Of a DNA stretch of 64,000 nt, positions 15,001 to 23,106 are shown piece after piece; the first letter of the stretch is position 1; the number at the start of each line of letters is the position of its first letter. The notes under the pieces are model-generated. The model saw only the letters and a program-made list of their open reading frames with translations, was not told where the DNA came from and searched no databases. The DNA is from Auanema rhodensis (lineage: Eukaryota; Animalia; Nematoda), in assembly GCA_964057225.1 (NCBI GenBank), contig OZ059895.1:3968001-4032000 (forward strand), in the 5' to 3' direction. The translations under genes were made by a program, and so were the position numbers.

Positions 15001-16653
15001 GGACAATGTTTTTCAACGAAAACATCAATTCTTCAGGGTGAAAATCGAGGATATAAGTTTGAACTTATATCAGTTGATATCTCGGTGCATTTTCAAGCTA
15101 GCGCAAATCTGATTACACAGATCGACGCAGCTTAAAAATCCGCATCGAATGCACTATACTTCATTGAGAAACGCTTAATACAAAAATTAGTTATGATCGT
15201 TTGAAAAATGATGCATTAGTGTATGTTGAGTTTCCATGTACACTCAACATTGCTTCCAAAAACATTTTGACAAAAATTTTTTCAAAAAATTTCAAAATAA
15301 TTTAGCAAAAAGTAGATGTTTTTAGATTCCTTTTTTCAAGGCAAAGACGATGGGCAATGTTATTCAACGAAAAAATTAATTCTTCAGGGTGAAAATCGAG
15401 GATATAAGTGTGAACTTATATCAGTTGATATCTCGGTGCATTTTCAAGCTAGCGCAAATCTGATAACGCAGATCGATGCAGCTTAAAAATCCGCATCGAA
15501 TGCACTATACTTCATTGAGAAACGCTTAATACAAAAGTTAGTTATGATCGTTTGAAAAATGATGCATTAGTGTATGTTGAGTTTCCATTTTGACAAAAAT
15601 TTTTTCGAAAAATTTCAAAATAATTTAGCAAAAAGTAGATGTTTTTAGATTCATTTTTTTAAGGCAAAGACGATGGACAATGTTATTCAACGAAAAAATT
15701 AATTCTTCAGGGTGAAAATCGAGGATATAAGTGTGAACTTATATCAGTTGATATCTCGGTGCATTTTCAAGCTAGCGCAAATCTGATAACACAGATCGAC
15801 GCAGCTTAAAAATCCGCATCGAATGCACTATACTTCATTGAGAAACGCGTAATACAAAAATTAGTTATGATTGTTTGAAAAATGATGCATTAGTGTATGT
15901 TGAGTTTCCATGTACACTCAACATTGCTTCCAAAAACATTTTGACAAAAATTTTTTCGAAAAATTTCAAAATAATTTAGCAAAAAGTAGATGTTTTTAGA
16001 TTCCTTTTTTAAAGGCAAAGATGATGGACAATGTTATTCAACGAAAAAATTAATTCTTCAGGGTGAAAATCGAGGATATAAGTGAGAACTTATATCAGTT
16101 GATATCTCGGTGCATTCTTAAGCTAGCGCAAATCTGATAACACAGATCGACGCAGCTTAAAAATCCGCATCGAATGCACTATACTTCATTGAGAAACGCT
16201 TAATACAAAACTTAGTTATGATCGTTTGAAAAATGATGCATTAGTGTATGTTGAGTTTCCATGTACACTCAACATTGCTTCCAAAAACATTTTGACAAAA
16301 ATTTTTTCGAAAAATTTCAAAATAATTTAGCAAAAAGTAGATGTTTTTAGATTCCTTTTTTTAAGGCAAAGACGATGGACAATGTTTTTCAACGAAAAAA
16401 TCAATTCTTCAGGGTGAAAATCGAGGATATAAGTTTGAACTTATATCAGTTGATATCTCGGTGCATTTTCAAGCTAGCGCAAATCTGATTACACAGATCG
16501 ACGCAGCTTAAAAATCCGCATCGAATGCACTATACTTCATTGAGAAACGCTTAATACAAAAATTAGTTATGATCGTTTGAAAAATGATGCATTAGTGTAT
16601 GTTGAGTTTCCATGTACACTCAACATTGCTTCCAAAAACATTTTGACAAACAT
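1..16653 (+). repeat. Tandem satellite array, 351-bp monomer (~47.5 copies), left arm
   Basis: GTGAAAATCGAGG recurs at 1, 352, 703 and onward (period 351). Monomers differ by only a few SNPs; three carry a 28-bp deletion. Confidence 0.99.
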
Positions 16654-19600
16654 CATTACTTATTCTTTCGTATATATACGAAACATTCCCCCTAAAAAAG
16701 GGCATTTTCGAACAGATTATAGATTATAGGTGAATGGGGAATTTTTTGTTTCTTTCTTTGTATGAACGTCACTTTATGTGACCATTCCCCCGAAAACAAA
16801 CTAGACCAATTTTATTTTCTTTATTTTCAGAAATATGGTTTGTAATCAATATTGGTATTTTGTCTCAGTCCGTTTTTCCAAATTCCAATATTTTCCTCAT
16901 TATTAACATTGTTACTGTTTTTTAGATTTTCTAATTCATTTTTATCTATTTTCTGTTTGGTTTCTGTATTTTTAACTTTGTCTAGTTTTTCTTCGGTTAT
17001 TTCTAAGGGTATCAGTTGATTTATAGATCTCAAAAGTCTGTTACCTTCAGAATTTCGTATTTTGACGCTTCGAATTTCTTTATCTTCAGAGACAATCAAT
17101 TCTTCAATGACAGCTAAAGGCCATTTATGTCTTTTTACGTTATTCTCTTTACAAAGGACAATTTCACCAACTACAGGAGTTGCTTTTGAATAGCTTTTAC
17201 TCAAACTTTTCTTATTTGATAGATTCCTTAGTTCTTCAAGGTATGTTTCACTCCAAGCTCTCCAAAACTGATTTATGTTCGAAGTACATGAGTTTAAATA
17301 CTCAATTATATCGTTTTTATTATTTATTACGTTTTTTCCCTTGTTGTCGATGTTAAATTGACAGATTAAATTTTCTGGATGAAATATTTCTAAACTCTTT
17401 GGAGTAATAATGCTATCAAAATCGTTATTTATATATGAAATTGGTCTTGAATTGATGATATTTTCAATCTCTGATAATATGACCAGTAATTCGTTATATT
17501 TCAATTTTTTCCCTTCGATATTTTTTATCAAATATTTCTTAGTTAAACCAATTAATCTTTCATAAAAACCTCCTTTCCACGGGGAATACGGAGTGATCAT
17601 TTTCCATTGTATTTTCTTATTTTCGAGAAAGTTTTGAAAAATTTTCTCGGTCTTACAGAATTGAGAACCATTATCTGATATAATTTTACTTGGTATTCTC
17701 TTTCGAGCAAAAAATTTTCTTAGATTATTCATTAATTCCTTGCTAGAGCTATCATTAGCGACATCTAAGTATACTGCTCGTGTACATAGACAAGTAATTA
17801 GCATAATCCAAACTTTTTTATCAGCGTTGGTTTCATTTTTCACAATTAATGGGCCGGCGTAGTCAATGCCTATGTTTTCATATGGTTTAAATTTTAAAAC
17901 TCTTTCAACTGGTAATTGAGGAAAATCTGGATACTTATAAGGTCTGTTGTTAGCTTTTTTGCATTTCATACATTTGGAAATTGTTACATTTATACAGCTT
18001 TTCAGTTTTATAATGAAAAATTGTTTACGTATTATCGCCATCATTGTTTCTCTGTTAGCATGAAGTGAAATTTCATGCATATACTTAATCATGAGATTTG
18101 TGAAGAATTTTTTCCCATATAATAATACTGGATAACTGTTATTCAACTTATTTGCGTTACCTAATCGGCCTCGTACTCTTAAAATACCATCTTCATCTTG
18201 AACAATGTCTAATTTTTTAAATTTTTCTTTTTTCAATTCATTACAATTCTGCAATTGATGTGCTTTTATCATAATTTTTTCACAAATTATGTTTCTTTTC
18301 GAACTATCCGATTTTTCAAAATCTTCTATCAATTTCTTAAAACATCCTTTTGAGGTTTTTCTAAGTTTAGATATGAATATCAAAATATTTTTCACAATTC
18401 TTAATAATTTTGGATATGAAGATACTTTTTGAGCTAGGAAGTCCAAATCTTGGCTTTCCTTTGTTAAGTTCTCGTTTTTTATTAGAAAATTAATGATTTT
18501 TGATTCTGCATTACTGTTTTCTTGTCCTACAACTTCTTTTAACGTTTTAATATTATTTTGTCGTTGAATTTCATCTTTGTACCATATTGGACCTTTCAAC
18601 CATTCTTTGTATTTTTCTTCCTGAGGTTCTAGACCTCTTGTTGGTACGTCAGCTGGATTTTTCTTGGTATTCACGTAAAAATATTCTATTTTTCCGTTTT
18701 CTTTTTCCAAGTCGTCTGTTAGATGTTTGATTTTTTCCAATCTGTTTCTAACATAGACTCTTTTTGTGGGACTTTTAAAAATCCAGCATAAAACTACTTG
18801 GGAATCAGAAAATATTTTGATATTTTGTATGTTTATATTCATTTCTCTTATATTTTCTTTCATCATTTTAACACCTAAAAGAACTGCAGACAATTCTTTC
18901 ATTGGAATTGATCCTTCAATCATTGTGGAAGATTTTACGCAAAGAAGTTCAATTTCTTCAATAATTCCGTTTTTGACATATGCTAAATAGCCTGTTGCAG
19001 CAATTACGTCTCTAGATGCGTCTGTGAACAATAAATATTCCACATATTCATTACTTCTTAATATGGATCTATCTATTTCAATTTTTTGATTCTCGATTTT
19101 ACTGTATATTTCTTTCCATTCTTCTATCAAATTTTCTGACAGTTCATCATCCCATTTTATTTGACTTTCCCACAGTTTTTTGAGGAAAAGTCGTGATTTC
19201 AATGTTATAGGATGAGTTATACCTATTGGATCAAAAATCGCGTTTATGAAACTCAGAATATTTCTTTTCGTTGTTTGTTTTTCTTTCCATTCTGGAATTT
19301 TCACTTCCAATTTATCTGTTACTGTATTGTAATTCATTCCTAATATTTTAAAACTTGTTTCTTTTATTTTATCTTTTTCTGGGATTTTACTATTTTCTGA
19401 TTCACAATTTGTATAAAATTCTCTTATGTTCATTCCGATTTTTGAGAATAAATTTTTTACTTCTGCGTATAACTGCATTATTTGATTTTTGTTTTCAACT
19501 TTTAACATTACATTATCCACATAAATATTACTCAGTATTTCTTCACATATTTCTGATTTTTCTTGTTTTAAAAAATATTTTATACTTGCTCCTAATAAAA

Positions 19601-20490
19601 ATGGAGAACTGTTCACCCCAAATGGGATTCTTGTGAATCTTAGATTTAGCACATTACTTTTTTGTACACCTTTTTTGATGTTTTTAATCCATAAAATTCT
19701 TGTCAAATCTCTATGACTTTCGTCTAGTTCAATTTGATGAAATGCCTTTTCAATATCTCCCATCAAAAAAGTTTTACTGAGTCTGAGTCTTATCAACATG
19801 CCTGTTAAGTTAGGGATTATTGCTTCACCTTGAAATAATATATCATTCAACGATTTCTCATTTTTAACTTTGCTTAAAGCATTTAGTACTATTCGTAATT
19901 TTGTTGTTGTGCTTGTCGGTTTTAAAACATAATGATGAGGAATATAATATGTGAAAAGTGGATGGTTACGTTCTGGACAATATTCTAAAATGCCACTTTC
20001 TAGTTGTTCCATAATTGTGTTGTCGTATTTTTCTAACATATCGTGATCTTTTTCCAAAGTTTTAAGAATACTTTTTAAGCACCCTATACTTTTACCATAA
20101 TTATTGTTAATTGACTGAATATTTGGTTTTATGGGAAATTTTACATTAATTCTTCCATTTTTCATTTTTACATTTTCGTGAAATTGTTTCCAAGCAAAAT
20201 CATCTTCGTATTTTCTCATTTCATCTTTATTCAGTTTTTTATTCTCATCTTTCAATTTATTTCCTATTAGGAAACATTTCAGATCTGAACCACATTCGGT
20301 TTCATCGTTTTCACTATCTGATATTTCATCAAACGTTTTATGTTTTGATGATAGGGTTCAATTTTGTTGGAATTACTACTAATCCGTTTTTCAAATCAAT
20401 GCTTTCAAATGTTTTTGGAACTAATTTCCAAAATTGATCCATTCCTATTAATATATCTGGTTCAATATTGCCCTTTTCAAAAATTAATTT
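16653..20490 (-). mobile_element. BEL/Pao LTR retrotransposon family A, 5'-truncated (protease C-terminus, RT, RNase H, integrase, PPT, 33 bp of 3' LTR)
   Basis: Domain order RT-RH-IN with BEL/Pao-type motifs. PPT AGGGGGAA (16686-16693, minus) is followed by TGTTTCG. Confidence 0.95.
16827..20255 (-). CDS. pol: Pol polyprotein fragment (RT, RNase H, integrase), BEL/Pao family A
   Basis: RT motifs YYIPHH, DIEKAF, RIPFGVNSSPF, YVDN. RNase H motifs FTDAS, SDSQ, NPAD. Integrase HHCC (H..H..CMKC), GIDYAGP, SDNGSQF, GGFYERL. The TTG start is not real: the frame continues upstream to a frameshift near 20345, and protease-tail sequence EPDILIGMD lies in another frame up to ~20490. Confidence 0.95.
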   Translation of the reverse strand: MKDENKKLNKDEMRKYEDDFAWKQFHENVKMKNGRINVKFPIKPNIQSINNNYGKSIGCLKSILKTLEKDHDMLEKYDNTIMEQLESGILEYCPERNHPLFTYYIPHHYVLKPTSTTTKLRIVLNALSKVKNEKSLNDILFQGEAIIPNLTGMLIRLRLSKTFLMGDIEKAFHQIELDESHRDLTRILWIKNIKKGVQKSNVLNLRFTRIPFGVNSSPFLLGASIKYFLKQEKSEICEEILSNIYVDNVMLKVENKNQIMQLYAEVKNLFSKIGMNIREFYTNCESENSKIPEKDKIKETSFKILGMNYNTVTDKLEVKIPEWKEKQTTKRNILSFINAIFDPIGITHPITLKSRLFLKKLWESQIKWDDELSENLIEEWKEIYSKIENQKIEIDRSILRSNEYVEYLLFTDASRDVIAATGYLAYVKNGIIEEIELLCVKSSTMIEGSIPMKELSAVLLGVKMMKENIREMNINIQNIKIFSDSQVVLCWIFKSPTKRVYVRNRLEKIKHLTDDLEKENGKIEYFYVNTKKNPADVPTRGLEPQEEKYKEWLKGPIWYKDEIQRQNNIKTLKEVVGQENSNAESKIINFLIKNENLTKESQDLDFLAQKVSSYPKLLRIVKNILIFISKLRKTSKGCFKKLIEDFEKSDSSKRNIICEKIMIKAHQLQNCNELKKEKFKKLDIVQDEDGILRVRGRLGNANKLNNSYPVLLYGKKFFTNLMIKYMHEISLHANRETMMAIIRKQFFIIKLKSCINVTISKCMKCKKANNRPYKYPDFPQLPVERVLKFKPYENIGIDYAGPLIVKNETNADKKVWIMLITCLCTRAVYLDVANDSSSKELMNNLRKFFARKRIPSKIISDNGSQFCKTEKIFQNFLENKKIQWKMITPYSPWKGGFYERLIGLTKKYLIKNIEGKKLKYNELLVILSEIENIINSRPISYINNDFDSIITPKSLEIFHPENLICQFNIDNKGKNVINNKNDIIEYLNSCTSNINQFWRAWSETYLEELRNLSNKKSLSKSYSKATPVVGEIVLCKENNVKRHKWPLAVIEELIVSEDKEIRSVKIRNSEGNRLLRSINQLIPLEITEEKLDKVKNTETKQKIDKNELENLKNSNNVNNEENIGIWKNGLRQNTNIDYKPYF

Positions 20491-21185
20491 ACAACAAGGA
20501 AAAAAACGTAATAAATAATAAAAACGATATAATTGAGTATTTAAACTCATGTACTTCGAACATAAATCAGTTTTGGAGAGCTTGGAGTGAAACATACCTT
20601 GAAGAACTAAGGAATCTATCAAATAAGAAAAGTTTGAGTAAAAGCTATTCAAAAGCAACTCCTGTAGTTGGTGAAATTGTCCTTTGTAAAGAGAATAACG
20701 TAAAAAGACATAAATGGCCTTTAGCTGTCATTGAAGAATTGATTGTCTCTGAAGATAAAGAAATTCGAAGCGTCAAAATACGAAATTCTGAAGGTAACAG
20801 ACTTTTGAGATCTATAAATCAACTGATACCCTTAGAAATAACCGAAGAAAAACTAGACAAAGTTAAAAATACAGAAACCAAACAGAAAATAGATATAAAT
20901 GAATTAGAAAATCTAAAAAACAGTAACAATGTTAATAATGAGGAAAATATTGGAATTTGGAAAAACAGACTGAGACAAAATACCAATATTGATTACAAAC
21001 CATATTTCTGAAAATAAAGAAAATAAAATTGGTCTAGTTTGTTTTCGGGGGAATGGTCACATAAAGTGACGTTCATACAAAGAAAGAAACAAAAAATTCC
21101 CCATTCACCTATAATCTATAATCTGTTCGAAAATGCCCTTTTTTAGGGGGAATGTTTCGTATATATACGAAAGAATAAGTAATGA
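20491..21185 (+). repeat. 695-bp inverted duplication of 16653-17347 (integrase C-terminus, 3' UTR, PPT, LTR start of family A)
   Basis: Reverse complement of the left end of element A with about 3 mismatches. It explains the 215-aa plus-strand ORF. Confidence 0.97.
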
Positions 21186-21447
21186 ATCATTAAATTAAGT
21201 AAAACATAAGAAAATTGGTTTTAAATAGAAAATAAGTAAATTCATTTTAAAATATATTTCTGTTGTGAGCGGTCGTATACAGTTTACGTCATATTTACGT
21301 GAACTGACGTACGCCAAATGCTTCACTTTTAAATCAGTTCACATTGTTGACTCATAGCGCGTAGTCGCATTTATTATTAACTGTTTTATCACTATAAATT
21401 GAATAAATCATTATTTTTATATTCTGTATCTTTTCGGAATATAAATT
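21153..21447 (+). repeat. LTR1 (family A), complete ~295-bp copy
   Basis: Preceded by PPT AGGGGGAA (21145-21152) and starts TGTTTCG. Matches the reverse complement of 60471-60765 with 2 differences. TATAAA at 21393 and AATAAA at 21402. Confidence 0.93.
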
Positions 21448-21448
21448 T

Positions 21449-21713
21449 CGTTCATACAAAGAAAGAAACAAAAAATTCCCCATTCACCTATAATCTATAA
21501 TCTGTTCGAAAATGCCCTTTTTTAGGGGGAATGTTTCGTATATATACGAAAGAATAAGTAATGAATCATTAAATTAAGTAAAACATAAGAAAATTGGTTT
21601 TAAATAGAAAATAAGTAAATTCATTTTAAAATATATTTCTGTTGTGAGCGGTCGTATACAGTTTACGTCATATTTACGTGAACTGACGTACGCCAAATGC
21701 TTCACTTTTAAAT
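21449..21713 (+). repeat. Tandem re-duplication of family A 3' UTR + PPT + first ~182 bp of LTR1 (period 379 bp); present in every unit
   Basis: CGTTCATACAAAG at 21070 and 21449; TGTTTCG at 21153 and 21532. Confidence 0.93.
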
Positions 21714-21929
21714 TTATATTCCGAAAAGATACAGAATATAAAAATAATGATTTATTCAATTTATAGTGATAAAACAGTTAATAATAAATGCGACTACGCG
21801 CTATGAGTCAACAATGTGAACTGATTTAAAAGTGAAGCATTTGGCGTACGTCAGTTCACGTAAATATGACGTAAACTGTATACGACCGCTCACAACAGAA
21901 ATATATTTTAAAATGAATTTACTTATTTT
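21710..21929 (-). repeat. Inverted LTR1 fragment (3' ~220 bp); present in every unit
   Basis: Reverse complement of the LTR1 3' part, joined through AAAT microhomology. Confidence 0.92.
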
Positions 21930-22286
21930 TAGCGCGTAGTCGCATATTTAATAATATATATCGTGATTCATAAAATATTTCTTATAAATAAATCATTTTC
22001 ATTATATTTCGTTTTAATTTCGAGATATAAAAAGATATATATTATTAAATATGCGACTACGCGCTATGAGCCAACTATGTGAACTGAAAGATAACTTTAT
22101 AGTCCTCGTTACGTCAATTTCACGCGCTTATGACGTGACGCGTATACAACCGGTTTTCTCAAACCAAATGAGAATAAATGATTAATGAATTATTTCTTTT
22201 CAGGATGATTTTAATATTTAATGAATTCTCACTTTTTTAATAGTTTCTCCGTTACTTTCATTAAATTTCGTATAATATACGAAACA
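21930..22286 (-). repeat. LTR2 (family B 3' LTR) with its 3' end inverted; present in every unit
   Basis: Starts TGTTTCGTATATTATACGAAA at 22286 (minus) after the purine-rich GGGCTGGAA. Shares ATGCGACTACGCGCTATGAG and ACGT blocks with LTR1. Its end TTTTAATTTCGAGATATAAAAAG lies on the plus strand at ~22012-22034 and also precedes the family B PBS at 60253-60275. Confidence 0.88.
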
Positions 22287-22354
22287 TTCCAGCCCGAATC
22301 GGGTTGTTTAATATGTTTCACGAAAGAATTCATTTTATTTCATTTAAAAAATGT

Positions 22355-22857
22355 TTATTTTCGTTTGGTACATGGGCAGATAATAAAATTATACTGCTTC
22401 AAATTACAAAATTTACAAATTTTTGCTTTTGTGCAATCTCCTTTATGTCTGTTAAGACAGAGTAAGCATAACTTCATAGAGACTGCTTTGGTAAACTTAG
22501 AAAGTTTAGATGGATGTTGGGAACATTTTTCGGTGTTGTGTTCTTTTTTACAGAGTTTGCAGTATGACTTCGGTTTATATGTTATAGTTGATGTACCATC
22601 TTTCTTAAATAATTTTTTGTTATTTATAAGTTGTTTATTATTAAATTATATACCTTTTCTGGTTGTTTACTACTTATCTCTCGTTTTTCAGAGTAAATAT
22701 CATTCAATTTCTTCAGTGCTTCACACATAGTAACCACGTGTTTCTCCAGAAAGGATATTCTTTCTATGAGATTGTCGGTGGTTGCTTGGTTTTCTTCAAT
22801 TCCTTCCTCCAGAAGTAGTTCTTCATAATCATTCATGATTTCGTTCTGTTCCTTCAT
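22355..22857 (-). CDS. Spliced accessory gene of family B, copy 1: exon 1 22857-22654, intron 22653-22604, exon 2 22603-22355; 150 aa, acidic/coiled-coil N-terminus + triple CCHC-like zinc knuckle
   Basis: Manual translation: a 50-nt GT..TTTAAG phase-0 intron joins ...KQPEK to KDGTSTITYKPKSYCKLCKKEHNTEKCSQHPSKLSKFTKAVSMKLCLLCLNRHKGDCTKAKICKFCNLKQYNFIICPCTKRK*. AATAAA at and just after the stop. Confidence 0.8.
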
Positions 22858-22860
22858 GAG

Positions 22861-22952
22861 AAATGAATTTTTCTGTTAGATTCTTTTCTTTATATACTAT
22901 TTCTGGTTGCGTGACTTTACGTGACGTTCACGTAACGTTATGACGTGTCACG
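22861..22952 (-). promoter_or_regulatory. Putative internal Pol II promoter of the accessory gene; present in every unit
   Basis: TATATAAA at 22896-22889 and an Inr-like TCATTT at 22866-22861 (A is 32 nt downstream of the TATA start). Cluster of ACGT/TGACGT motifs at 22910-22952. Confidence 0.6.
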
Positions 22953-23106
22953 AATCATCCGCCGCAAAAAAAAAACGACCGATTAACTCTTTTCACATAA
23001 TTTGAATTACTTTTTATTTAAAATTAATATATATATATATATTTTTTTTATTCTAGAAACTACACTATGCATCTACAAAATTTAATTTAATTCAATGTTG
23101 TTATAG

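Noticed and set aside
1-16653. CRISPR-like or tandem RNA-gene array
   Set aside because: No unique spacers; whole monomers are near identical; I recognise no 5S, SL1 or tRNA motifs in the monomer.
16827-20255. Domesticated host RT/integrase gene
   Set aside because: No ATG or promoter context, an upstream frameshift, and near-identical LTRs indicate a recent fragment whose frame is open because it is young.
20364-21011. 215-aa plus-strand ORF and the overlapping 106-aa minus-strand ORF as genes
   Set aside because: Chimeras spanning the inversion junction at 20490/20491.
21574-21759. 61-aa ORF repeated in each unit
   Set aside because: Spans the LTR1 inversion junction; non-coding LTR sequence.
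22221-22730. 169-aa hydrophobic plus-strand ORF as an env or antisense gene (and its four copies)
   Set aside because: Shadow of the A-rich minus-strand zinc-knuckle gene; it starts inside LTR2 and shows no recognisable motif.
23026-23050. (AT)n and T-run upstream of the accessory promoter
   Set aside because: Short low-complexity tract expected in AT-rich DNA.
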